From a virus: a stretch of 64,000 nucleotides of DNA. Below, piece by piece: positions 53,693 to 62,075 of this stretch. Made by a program: the position numbers and the translations under genes. The notes below the pieces were generated by a model. It searched no databases. It was not told where the DNA came from and saw only the letters and a list, made by a program, of their open reading frames with translations. The stretch lies in IMG/VR virus record IMGVR_UViG_3300045988_080954; one strand, 5' to 3'. Numbering within the stretch: the stretch's first letter is position 1; every line of letters starts with the position of its first letter.

Positions 53693-53975
53693 TGAAAGTA
53701 TTATTGCCAAAAGCATCAAGCATTACGGAGCAGAAATTCAGTCGACCGTCTGTATGGAGGAATGCGCAGAACTGATACAGGCGATCAGCAAAGCGAAGAG
53801 AGGAAAGTTTGATGAAAACAATATGACAGAAGAAATCGCAGATGTACTGATATGTGTTGAAACACTCAAGCAATTGTACAATATCTCAGATGAATATATC
53901 AGCAAATTGATATCATACAAGCAGAAAAGAGTAAAATGTGGATTGGAGAAATTCATTCGAAAATCAATGCGGTAA
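53676..53975 (+). CDS. MazG-like nucleotide pyrophosphohydrolase
   Basis: 99 aa from ATG 53676. Contains ...MEECAELIQAISK...EEIADVLICVE. Confidence 0.5.
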   Translation: MAYSIDESIIAKSIKHYGAEIQSTVCMEECAELIQAISKAKRGKFDENNMTEEIADVLICVETLKQLYNISDEYISKLISYKQKRVKCGLEKFIRKSMR

Positions 53976-54012
53976 GGGTGGAAACGTCCTTACCAGACGG
54001 GAAGGTGGCTAA

Positions 54013-54840
54013 ATGACAAAAGTGAGTTGGATTCGATTAGAAATAGATATGTTCGACAACAAGAAAATCCGGCATATCAGAAAACTTCCAGAGGGGAACA
54101 ATATCGTGCTGATCTGGATGATGCTCCTGACGATGGCAGGACGTTGTAATTCAAACGGAATTATTTTTCTGGCAGAGAATATTCCGTATACAAACAAGAT
54201 GCTGGCTGACGAACTGGATTTTGATGAAAGTGTGATCGAGCTTGCACTCACAATTCTTGAAAAGTTCGGCATGATAACCAGAGACGGAACATTGCTTTCA
54301 ATTCCCGGATGGGAAGAACATCAGAACATTGACGGGCTTGAAAAAATCAGAGAGCAGACAAGAAAACGAGTTGCTGAGCATAGAAAACGCCAGAAAGAAT
54401 TGTCAGAAGAAGAATGTATGCCGGAAATTCCAGAACAGATTTCTTGTGAAAAAGATTTAGTCAAGCCCGGTGATGTGCAGAAAGTAGTCGATGAATGGAA
54501 TAAGCTTCAGCAGTTCGGCATTCAGCCAGTCGTAAGAATGACGGCAAGGCGAACGCAAATGCTGAAAGCAAGAATCCGCGAATACGGCATGGACAAGGTA
54601 ATGGAAGCAATTGAAAAAGTCAAAAAAAGTGATTTTCTGACAGGAAGAAAGAAAGATTTCATAATAACTTTTGAATTTTTTATAAACCCTAATAAATTTA
54701 TAAAAATACTCGAAGGGTTCTATGACAATAGAGATGAGGATGTGCATAATGGATTTAACAGAAAAACTCAAAGAGATGTCAGCCCACTTATCCCCCTCGG
54801 AGAATGGGACGGAGGAGAATCAGATACCCCGTTCGCTTGA
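54013..54840 (+). CDS. phage replisome organiser (replication initiation, N-terminal Phage_rep_org-like domain)
   Basis: 275 aa. ...WIRLEIDMFDNKKIRHIRKLPEGNNIVLIWMMLL... is typical. Confidence 0.7.
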   Translation: MTKVSWIRLEIDMFDNKKIRHIRKLPEGNNIVLIWMMLLTMAGRCNSNGIIFLAENIPYTNKMLADELDFDESVIELALTILEKFGMITRDGTLLSIPGWEEHQNIDGLEKIREQTRKRVAEHRKRQKELSEEECMPEIPEQISCEKDLVKPGDVQKVVDEWNKLQQFGIQPVVRMTARRTQMLKARIREYGMDKVMEAIEKVKKSDFLTGRKKDFIITFEFFINPNKFIKILEGFYDNRDEDVHNGFNRKTQRDVSPLIPLGEWDGGESDTPFA

Positions 54841-55582
54841 ATGCTCTGAATGCGGGGACAGCGGGTGGAGATGGGTAAGAGACGCAAGTGGTATTCCTTA
54901 TTGTGAGGAATGCCCTTGCGGAATCAGAAAGAGAACAATCCTTGAAAATCAATTGAAATTCGCAGAGCTTCCAAACGTGTTTAAAGACTCAAATTTCAAC
55001 GATCTGAAGTCAAATGTATATTTGAACGTCGAGAGCCGAAAAGTATTTTCTCAGGCGGCTCAGGCGGTAAATTACTGGTTTAAAAATCTTCCTGATATGC
55101 AGGAGAAAGGAATAGGGTTATATCTTTTCTCAAATGTAAAAGGTTCTGGCAAAACCAAAACAGTATGCAGCTTGGCGAATGAAATCATGAAAAAATACCA
55201 GAAGCCTGTAAAATTCACCACGTCTCTCAGAATTCTTGATGAGATCAAGAACACATGGGGAGCTAAAGAGAATGCAGAGGGAAAGTTGATAGAGGATTTA
55301 TCCAGAACAGAAATCCTTATCATCGACGACTTCGGTGCTGATTCTGGCAAGGACTGGATTAACGAAAGATTCTATAGCATTATCAACGGGCGGTATGTTG
55401 ACAGGAAAATTACTATATTCACAAGTAACTGCCAGATTTCAGAGCTGAAATACGATGAGAGAATCACAAACAGGATTCTGGAGCGGTCGCTCGAAATCCC
55501 TTTTCCAGAGGAATCTGTCAGGGAACATATCGCACAGAACTTGAGAATGCAGATGGTTCAGGGAATAGGAAAGAAAGGGTGA
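54749..55582 (+). CDS. DnaC/IstB-like helicase loader ATPase
   Basis: It has Walker A NVKGSGKTKT and Walker B ILIIDDFG, plus an N-terminal CxxC...CxC zinc motif. The start is uncertain (54722-54749). Confidence 0.7.
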   Translation: MDLTEKLKEMSAHLSPSENGTEENQIPRSLECSECGDSGWRWVRDASGIPYCEECPCGIRKRTILENQLKFAELPNVFKDSNFNDLKSNVYLNVESRKVFSQAAQAVNYWFKNLPDMQEKGIGLYLFSNVKGSGKTKTVCSLANEIMKKYQKPVKFTTSLRILDEIKNTWGAKENAEGKLIEDLSRTEILIIDDFGADSGKDWINERFYSIINGRYVDRKITIFTSNCQISELKYDERITNRILERSLEIPFPEESVREHIAQNLRMQMVQGIGKKG

Positions 55583-55776
55583 GTAAGGCAGACTACGATA
55601 TTACACCAGAAATGGTCGGGATGTGTCGGAATATAATCATGGATTACTGCCGGATGGCGAGTAACAAATGCGAGGATTGCGCTCTGAGAGTTACCTGCCA
55701 GCGCAGTTTTAAAATCCCGCCGTTCGCATGGAAGAAAGGGGGAATAATCAATGATGACGATAGCCGAGATGTATAA
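55579..55776 (+). CDS. hypothetical protein
   Basis: 65 aa from a GTG start overlapping the upstream stop. Confidence 0.35.
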   Translation: MSKADYDITPEMVGMCRNIIMDYCRMASNKCEDCALRVTCQRSFKIPPFAWKKGGIINDDDSRDV

Positions 55777-55966
55777 GCGTTCCGGCGGCTCAGCATACAA
55801 ACATACATGTGCGGAGTGCAGGTTTTACCGGGACGGCAAGAGAGTAGGGAAATGCCTGTTGTACGGCGACAATGGAGCTTGGTACGGACGGTACATAGCT
55901 TGCAAGTTTTTCAATCTGGAGGACGACATGCCGGACGGGCAGATGAATATTTTTGATTATGTGTGA
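55751..55966 (+). CDS. hypothetical Cys-containing protein
   Basis: 71 aa with AAAGGGGGA upstream. Confidence 0.35.
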   Translation: MMTIAEMYKRSGGSAYKHTCAECRFYRDGKRVGKCLLYGDNGAWYGRYIACKFFNLEDDMPDGQMNIFDYV

Positions 55967-55989
55967 ATATAATCTAATGAGGTGATTGA

Positions 55990-56097
55990 ATGGAAAAAGC
56001 TATTTTGATGGCAATAAATGAAAGACTTTACAAACTCGGATTGATTGATGAAGATACAAAAAACAAAGTAACTGCTGAAATTAATACTACAAAATAA
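55990..56097 (+). CDS. 35-aa protein
   Basis: MEKAILMAINERLYKLGLIDEDTKNKVTAEINTTK with GAGGTGA upstream. Confidence 0.35.
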   Translation: MEKAILMAINERLYKLGLIDEDTKNKVTAEINTTK

Positions 56098-56109
56098 CAA
56101 AAAACTATT

Positions 56110-56153
56110 GAACGGAGCCGGAAAATGTGATTATAATAATTCTGACTCCGTTC
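56110..56153. promoter_or_regulatory. 44-bp imperfect inverted repeat overlapping the recombinase promoter (operator or att-core candidate)
   Basis: GAACGGAG (56110-56117) and CTCCGTTC (56146-53), with further partial symmetry. TATAAT at 56132-56137 sits in the centre. Confidence 0.4.
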
Positions 56154-56176
56154 CTTAGTTGGAAGGGAGAAAGTAT

Positions 56177-57892
56177 ATGAACATATATCATGCAAGAGAA
56201 ACACTCAGAACGTGCTCTATTTACGATTTAAAGTTAAGAGTTGCATACTACGCAAGAGTCAGCACTGATCGAGCCGAACAGCAGGTGTCTATAAGCCACC
56301 AGACAGAGTATTTTGAAAATCTGATACGTTCAAATCCTAACTGGGAATTTGTGGGCGCATATGTGGATGACGGAATTTCCGGAATGCACGCAGAAAAAAG
56401 AGAAGATTTTCAAAATATGCTTCGTGATGCAAAGGCTGGGAAAATTGATATGATTATCACGAAAGAAATATCCAGATTTGCCAGAAACACACTTGACAGT
56501 ATAAAATATACAAGAGAATTGCTTTCATGTGGTGTATGCGTGTGGTTTCAGAACGACGGAATTAACACGATTGATGAAGACAGCGAGCTTCGATTGACCA
56601 TCATGGCAGGTGTAGCTCAGGACGAGTTGAGAAAACTTTCAAGTCGTGTAAAATTCGGTCATGCCAGATCAATACAGAATGGCGTTGTGCTTGGAAACAG
56701 AATCTATGGATATAAGAAGAAGGACGGTAAACTCACTGTCATTCCAGAAGAAGCAGAAATGGTGCGTATGATATTCAGAGACTATGCAGCCGGCGTTTCG
56801 ACTCCTAAAATTGAAAAAAAGCTCTGGGATATGGGGTACAGAAATTCTAAGGGAAGCAAAATTGATAGGAATGTTATCAGACATATCATCAAGAATCCCA
56901 AATATAAAGGATACTTCTGCGGAGGAAAAGTGAAGATCGTAGACATGTTTACGAAGAAACAAGAGTTCATACCGGAATCCGAATGGATAATGTTCAAGGA
57001 TGACGGAAGCCGAGTGCCACAGATTATAGATGAAGAGACATGGGAAAAAGCTAATCAGTATATGACCATGCGTGGTGATGCCATAAAAACCAGAAGAACT
57101 TCATTTAAGAGTGAAAATCTCTTTACTGGAATGATTTTTTGCTCAAATGACAATGCACCATATTGGTTGAAACAACATTATATTAGGGGAAAAGAAGATG
57201 TGAGATGGGTGTGTAGTCATAAAATCAAGAATGGAGCTGCTTCTTGCAATTCGTTCGGAATCAAGGAATCGGAACTGAAAATAATGGTTTCCGACCTCAT
57301 AAATGAATCATCGTGCAATATAGAAGAAGTCATAAAAAAATATCTGGAGTTGTTAAGAAGAGCTATAGATAATAAACCTGATTCTAAAGCAGAGATTGAC
57401 AGGCTTCAAAAGCAGATTGAGTCTATTAATAAAAAGAAAGAAAAAATTCTGGAATACAATCTTGACGGTAATATTTCTGATGAGGAATTTATTCAGAGAA
57501 ATAAGGGATACAATGAGCAAATCCAGAAATTAAATTCTCAAATTTCAGATTTAACGCCGAATCAAGATGATTTTGTTTCAGCAGAAATGCAATTCAAAAA
57601 CATAATTGATACTTTAAAGAAGTTTAACGGAGTTGAGTCAGAAGACATAAACAGGCAGATAGTAGAGGAACTTTTTGAAAAGATTGTAGTAAAATCGTTT
57701 GAAGGAAATAAGGCAACTTTAACTTTTTATTTGAAGACAGGAGAAGTAAAAAAAAAGCAAGTTAGCATGAGTTGTTCTGAATACATGTTATTTAACATTA
57801 TCCCCGAACGACACAAACGGTTTTATAGGAAAACTTGCATTTCTGGAGCGAGCGAAATTGCATTTAACTATGAATATAGAATGGTAATCTAA
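56177..57892 (+). CDS. large serine recombinase
   Basis: 571 aa from ATG 56177. It has an N-terminal resolvase domain (...AYYARVSTDRAEQQVSISHQ...), a recombinase domain, a zinc-ribbon-like domain and a coiled-coil C-terminus. Confidence 0.9.
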   Translation: MNIYHARETLRTCSIYDLKLRVAYYARVSTDRAEQQVSISHQTEYFENLIRSNPNWEFVGAYVDDGISGMHAEKREDFQNMLRDAKAGKIDMIITKEISRFARNTLDSIKYTRELLSCGVCVWFQNDGINTIDEDSELRLTIMAGVAQDELRKLSSRVKFGHARSIQNGVVLGNRIYGYKKKDGKLTVIPEEAEMVRMIFRDYAAGVSTPKIEKKLWDMGYRNSKGSKIDRNVIRHIIKNPKYKGYFCGGKVKIVDMFTKKQEFIPESEWIMFKDDGSRVPQIIDEETWEKANQYMTMRGDAIKTRRTSFKSENLFTGMIFCSNDNAPYWLKQHYIRGKEDVRWVCSHKIKNGAASCNSFGIKESELKIMVSDLINESSCNIEEVIKKYLELLRRAIDNKPDSKAEIDRLQKQIESINKKKEKILEYNLDGNISDEEFIQRNKGYNEQIQKLNSQISDLTPNQDDFVSAEMQFKNIIDTLKKFNGVESEDINRQIVEELFEKIVVKSFEGNKATLTFYLKTGEVKKKQVSMSCSEYMLFNIIPERHKRFYRKTCISGASEIAFNYEYRMVI

Positions 57893-57914
57893 TATACAAA
57901 GAGGAATGGAGTCG

Positions 57915-58565
57915 ATGAACAATATACATACTGCATATGATGTAATGAAAGAATACTTAATAACCGATGCAGAACTTGACGGCCAGTTTCAGGTGCCGAT
58001 GTTGTCAAAATCGGATGTCGTGCCGAGTAAGGGAATAGATTTCGTATCTTCGAAGTCCAGAACCCTGAAAGGGCATAAGGACCTGACCGTGAATTTCTAT
58101 ATCGACGATAAAAGTTTCTTGCAGGTCTGGAATCAACCAGATCAGTACATCGAACATCTGAAATGCTTTCATTCAGTCTGTAGTCCGGACTTTACAATTG
58201 CACACGGGATGCCGACAGCTTTGAATATTTATAACCTGTACCGTAATCATGCACTGGGGTATTACTGGAACATGATGGGCGTTAATATCATTCCGTCGGT
58301 CAATATCATCAGCCTGAAGGACATGCCGTGGATATTCGATGGTACGCCACATAGGAGTGTGGTATCGTGTTGCACGAACGGGAGAGTGAGGTCTAAGTCT
58401 GCCAGAATGGAATTTTGTGAAAACTTCAAGGAAATGTTGGAAGCAATCGAACCAATTAAAGTTGTGATCGTCGGTATTGTACCGGATGAATTAAATGTGG
58501 ACGTGCCGATCATCAATCTCAATTCAAGAAGTCAGAACATGAAAGAGAAATTCAGAAAGGAGTAA
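57915..58565 (+). CDS. DUF4417-like protein
   Basis: ...VNFYIDDKSFLQVWNQP...CSPDFTI...YRNHALGYYWNMMGVNIIPSV... matches my memory of DUF4417. Confidence 0.5.
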   Translation: MNNIHTAYDVMKEYLITDAELDGQFQVPMLSKSDVVPSKGIDFVSSKSRTLKGHKDLTVNFYIDDKSFLQVWNQPDQYIEHLKCFHSVCSPDFTIAHGMPTALNIYNLYRNHALGYYWNMMGVNIIPSVNIISLKDMPWIFDGTPHRSVVSCCTNGRVRSKSARMEFCENFKEMLEAIEPIKVVIVGIVPDELNVDVPIINLNSRSQNMKEKFRKE

Positions 58566-58568
58566 GCC

Positions 58569-58706
58569 ATGGGAACGATCAGTAAAGGAGCAGCGAAACG
58601 TAGGAACAAGGAAACATCCGGTCAGAAAAGACGTAGGAATAAGATTTCTGATATCATGAGAAGAAAGAACATTGCCGGAAAAGATGAATTGAATGTGATG
58701 AGATAA
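58569..58706 (+). CDS. 45-aa highly basic peptide
   Basis: MGTISKGAAKRRNKETSGQKRRRNKISDIMRRKN...; weak support. Confidence 0.25.
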   Translation: MGTISKGAAKRRNKETSGQKRRRNKISDIMRRKNIAGKDELNVMR

Positions 58707-58769
58707 AAATTTACATCGCGTCGAGATACGTTATAGAAAATTATATACAGAATGCACAAAAATAAAAAG

Positions 58770-58809
58770 TCGCAGGTCTGAATTAGTTTCAGATTTCTGC
58801 GATTTTTTT
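58770..58809 (+). terminator. intrinsic terminator ending the plus-strand recombinase operon
   Basis: Nested stems TCGCAG/CTGCGA and TCTGAA/TTCAGA, then seven T (58803-58809). Confidence 0.7.
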
Positions 58810-58810
58810 C

Positions 58811-59577
58811 AGATTTTTCCAGTTCAAACCGACCGGGTTTTGATGCTGTTTCAGACTTGTCGTACATTTTCTTGGTGCCTTTGTCTTTCCCGGGACCGTC
58901 TCGGAAACCTCCAGCCGATCAGGAACAGACCGCCACCGGGAGCCTATGGAACCCCGCCGCCCGGCATGATCTGACAAAGCCAGAGTCAAACAATACAGCC
59001 CGCCGGGGATAACCCGGGAGCGGACCGGGAACAACTGCGGAAGCATCAGACGCAGCCAGAGTCAAAACTAAAACCGGTTCTAATAGAACGTTGTAAAATG
59101 CGTTTAAAAACGTTTTTCGTGCAACTGCGGAAAATATACAGGAAGCACATAAAATGTGCTTAAAAAGCCAAATACGGCGTTATAGAAGCATTTAAGGCAC
59201 AAACACCCAAGCAAAACGCCTAAAAGCGTACAGAAATAAGACCGCCGGAGCGATCACAAGCAAAGCCCGCCTAGCTTCGCACGATCTGGAAAAGAAAGAC
59301 CGAACCGGGCGAAGCGTCCGCGCAACTATACAGAGTAATAATAACCCCGTTGCGTTCTATCGTCAATCCCTATTATTAATTCGACATTTGAAGATTTAAG
59401 GCGGTTTTATATACTTGTGATAAAATATACCAGAATCACGCTAAAAGCCGTTAAAACATCAAATAGAAGCCGATACAGCTATATAATTGTCAATGCACAT
59501 CACACCGGGACACAAGCCCCGGCGAAGTCCCGGCACAGGTCACGAACCACCGCCGCCCGGAGCGGATGCAGGACACC
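58811..59577. other. ~770-bp ORF-free region with G+C-rich patches and short direct repeats (large ncRNA, origin or att remnant candidate)
   Basis: It contains only Arg/Pro-rich pseudo-ORFs. By my count 58921-59040 is about 64% G+C, against visibly AT-rich flanks. GCCAGAGTCAAA occurs at 58979 and 59055; CAACTGCGGAA occurs at 59031 and 59122. Confidence 0.4.
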
Positions 59578-59604
59578 AGAAAAAGAGCAGTGTTTTACTG
59601 CTCT
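59578..59604 (-). terminator. intrinsic terminator of the minus-strand operon
   Basis: AGAGCAGT/ACTGCTCT hairpin (59584-59604), then TTTTT on the minus strand. Confidence 0.65.
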
Positions 59605-59975
59605 AAATATTTTATATTTGCGACCCCGGGCAAGTCCTGGAAGAACTCCCGGAAGCCGCCGTCAGTAACATTGTACTGGCGGTCAGATGTCGGAATCATG
59701 CGACCGCCTTTTATCTCCATGCAGGAAAGTTGCAAACATCCCGGATTTTTCACAGACTTATGCAGGGCATACCGCATAAAAGACACCGCCCCGGACTGAC
59801 ACCGCACCGGAGGCAAGTCGTACCAGATCAGCGGGACAGAGCCGAAAGCGACCGCATCAAATACTTTTCTGGCGTCCTTTTCTGCCAATTCTTTAATTTT
59901 GTCAACTGTGGAAAAATCGCCGCTTTTTATAGCGGCGACAACTTGCTTTTGTGTGGATTTTCTGATTTTGATCAA
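59595..59975 (-). CDS. hypothetical protein
   Basis: 126 aa from TTG 59975, with GGAGG 8 nt upstream. The longer 185-aa version in the track runs through the upstream gene. Confidence 0.45.
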   Translation of the reverse strand: MIKIRKSTQKQVVAAIKSGDFSTVDKIKELAEKDARKVFDAVAFGSVPLIWYDLPPVRCQSGAVSFMRYALHKSVKNPGCLQLSCMEIKGGRMIPTSDRQYNVTDGGFREFFQDLPGVANIKYLEQ

Positions 59976-59976
59976 T

Positions 59977-60189
59977 TTATAATCCTCCGTAAGTTTTGTT
60001 TTTCTTATAACACTTGTTCCAAAATTGCACAATGTTCTCGGCTTCTTTCTTTGTTCCGCAGATATTGGCGGTGGTGATGCCGGGAATCTGTAAGGAGAAT
60101 AACAAGTTTTCGTTTCCGGAAACTTTGAGGACGGAAGCATAATTTTTCCCATCTTGTTTTACGGATATAGCAATATAATGATTCTTCAT
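59977..60189 (-). CDS. hypothetical protein
   Basis: 70 aa, MKNHYIAISVKQDGKNYASVLKVSGNENLLFSLQ... Confidence 0.4.
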   Translation of the reverse strand: MKNHYIAISVKQDGKNYASVLKVSGNENLLFSLQIPGITTANICGTKKEAENIVQFWNKCYKKNKTYGGL

Positions 60190-60232
60190 ACTTTTTCTTT
60201 CTTCCCTCTACCCATGGGAGCCAGGTTATTAA

Positions 60233-60274
60233 AGGCGTTGCCGGGAATCGAACCCGGCAGGAACCGTTACGCCT
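60233..60274 (-). other. tRNA-like acceptor/T-arm minihelix (not a complete tRNA)
   Basis: The minus strand reads AGGCGT-aacggttcct-GCCGGGTTCGATTCCCGGC-a-ACGCCT. It has a canonical GGTTCGATTCC T-arm but no D or anticodon arm. Confidence 0.4.
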
Positions 60275-60279
60275 GAAAA

Positions 60280-60648
60280 CTAAATTCTTTTTGCAAACTC
60301 GATTTCCGTATAGTTTTTTCCGGTTACCTCGTTTACAAATTCCAAAATTCCGGTTCTTGTGAAATCGAAACGCGAAAAATCAAATCCCTTTTGCGCAAGC
60401 CTATATTCATAAAAGCGCCCGCATCCATCAGTGTCGTAATATGTGCCATCGACATGTAATGCGTTAGGCTGCACCACTGGACAGCCTTTTTTATTTGCGT
60501 CGCGTCTCTGGTAGCTGCCAAAGTCTGCGATAACGTGCAATCCGTCCAATGTGTCAAATTCTGTGCGAACTCTGCAATTTGGAACGTCTGAGCCGTTTCT
60601 ATAGCCTGTTCCTGTACATCCGTATTCTACTAATGTTAATTTTTTCAT
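60280..60648 (-). CDS. hypothetical protein
   Basis: 122 aa with AGGAGG upstream. Confidence 0.5.
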   Translation of the reverse strand: MKKLTLVEYGCTGTGYRNGSDVPNCRVRTEFDTLDGLHVIADFGSYQRRDANKKGCPVVQPNALHVDGTYYDTDGCGRFYEYRLAQKGFDFSRFDFTRTGILEFVNEVTGKNYTEIEFAKRI

Positions 60649-60715
60649 GTTTTTAATCCTCCTGATTTTATTTTAAAAGGCCGCCGGGGAAATGCTCCCC
60701 GGTACGCTTGCCGGT

Positions 60716-61108
60716 CTAATTTTCCGTAAGTCTTTTGAAAATATCAATTGTAAGAGCTGCAAGCCCCCTTTTCTTGTCTGACATATAACCATGTCTTTTA
60801 CTTCTCAGCGCTTTTTCGGCAGTTTTCAAACTGTTTACACCGTAAGATGCGGCTTTTTGGAGTGCCTTGTATTCTTCAGAAGTAACCGGAACAGCTTTCA
60901 ATGCATCGGGATTAATGGAAAAATCTTCTTTATCTCCCGGGCGGAGCATCTGGCAAATAGGAATATAAAGATCAGTCCCCATGTTTTCACCAATATTCCA
61001 AACAAAGTAGTTACCCGGGATTTTCTTCACAATTTCAAAAGTATGTGTATTCCATAAAGATGCAGAAATAATTTTGTTTCCCTCGATTTTTACTGTTGCG
61101 TATGCCAT
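60716..61108 (-). CDS. hypothetical protein
   Basis: 130 aa from ATG 61108 with AGAGAGG upstream (MAYATVKIEGNKII...). Confidence 0.45.
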   Translation of the reverse strand: MAYATVKIEGNKIISASLWNTHTFEIVKKIPGNYFVWNIGENMGTDLYIPICQMLRPGDKEDFSINPDALKAVPVTSEEYKALQKAASYGVNSLKTAEKALRSKRHGYMSDKKRGLAALTIDIFKRLTEN

Positions 61109-61185
61109 ATTATTTACCTCTCTTTTTATTTTTTTGAAGTCCGGCGGTTGCGTTGGGGCTACGGCTTGACCGCCGCCGGAGAAAT

Positions 61186-61527
61186 TTATTTGATTTTTGT
61201 ATCTGTCCAGATATCGAGGATACAACGAAAACAATTTAATTCATCAACGGTAAAACCGCCGTCATTTATATGGAATATTGCGTAATCTCCATATTGTTTG
61301 TTGATATCCTGCACATAGTTGTAAAATTCTTCAAAACGCTCTAAACGGTCAAGGTCAAGCATATACCACTTGTGCTCGCTTGGAAGCGTTTTTATAAAGG
61401 CTTCAGCATTTACCGGATAAGCAAATAAACCGGCAACACTCACTTTACTTTTATGATCGTCTTGTGTGCTGCGGTCGATCATTGCGAACACCGCCCAGTT
61501 TAAGTACTTTGTATATTTATTTGTCAT
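61186..61527 (-). CDS. hypothetical protein
   Basis: 113 aa with GAAAGG upstream. Confidence 0.45.
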   Translation of the reverse strand: MTNKYTKYLNWAVFAMIDRSTQDDHKSKVSVAGLFAYPVNAEAFIKTLPSEHKWYMLDLDRLERFEEFYNYVQDINKQYGDYAIFHINDGGFTVDELNCFRCILDIWTDTKIK

Positions 61528-61561
61528 TGTTTTTTACCTTTCACCATGTTATAATAGGCTT

Positions 61562-61627
61562 ACCTTTCTTATTTTTTTGATTGGTGCCGCTAGGTGAGTT
61601 GGTAGCTGACTAGCGGCTATTTTTTTT
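61562..61627 (+). ncRNA. candidate antisense small RNA in a minus-strand intergenic region
   Basis: Extended -10 TGTTATAAT (61547-61555) on the plus strand. Hairpin GCCGCTAG (61586-61593) / CTAGCGGC (61610-61617), followed by TATTTTTTT on the plus strand only. Confidence 0.3.
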
Positions 61628-61829
61628 ATGCAAGTCTAATAATCAGTCCCAGTTCATTGTTTTTGTTTGATCTTGTAATGTAGAAGTCAATGACTACATC
61701 GTCAAAATACTTTTTGCAGGCCTGGAGCATTTTCCCGCTCATTTCCCACTCTACAAATTCACTTTTACCGTTTTTCTGGATTTCAAAAAAATCACAGTGC
61801 ATTGTGTTAAATAAGTCTAAAAACTTCAT
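61626..61829 (-). CDS. hypothetical protein
   Basis: 67 aa with AGGAG upstream. Confidence 0.4.
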   Translation of the reverse strand: MKFLDLFNTMHCDFFEIQKNGKSEFVEWEMSGKMLQACKKYFDDVVIDFYITRSNKNNELGLIIRLA

Positions 61830-61961
61830 AGCTTTTTTTTCTCCTGTTTTCTTTTGATGAGATCATTATAGTGCTAACGGTATATAATTGCAATACCGTA
61901 ATTTTATACAAAATATTATAGCGATATCTGTATAAATTATATATAGTTATCTATATGCGCG

Positions 61962-62059
61962 TATACAGTTAACTATAATATAGATATCTATATATTAGAT
62001 AGCGTTATATTTCTATTGACTTTTATTATACAGTTAACTATAATATAGATATCTGTATA
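61962..62059 (+). promoter_or_regulatory. two 33-bp direct repeats (operators) overlapping a consensus promoter
   Basis: TATACAGTTAACTATAATATAGATATCT(A/G)TATA occurs at 61962-61994 and 62027-62059. The promoter is TTGACT (62016-62021), 17 nt, TATAAT (62039-62044). Confidence 0.65.
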
Positions 62060-62075
62060 AAGGAGGTCTTAGAAA

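Larger units (their letters stand above)
1..58809. mobile_element. temperate siphovirus-like phage/prophage genome segment (late, cargo, lysogeny, early/replication and recombinase modules); ends not defined in window
   Basis: Contiguous terminase-portal-capsid-tail-lysin block, repressor/Cro switch, RecT/replication genes and two recombinases. No host-type genes were recognised. Confidence 0.85.

Noticed and set aside
58789-60077. Arg/Pro-rich ORFs (58789-59046 minus, 59417-59668 plus, 59730-60077 plus)
   Set aside because: They are translations of G+C-rich non-coding DNA or antisense to better ORFs. They have no SD and implausible composition.
60200-60300. Complete tRNA gene
   Set aside because: Only the T-arm and a 6-bp acceptor-like helix are present. 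The 5' side is occupied by the end of a coding ORF, and no D-arm or anticodon arm can be drawn.
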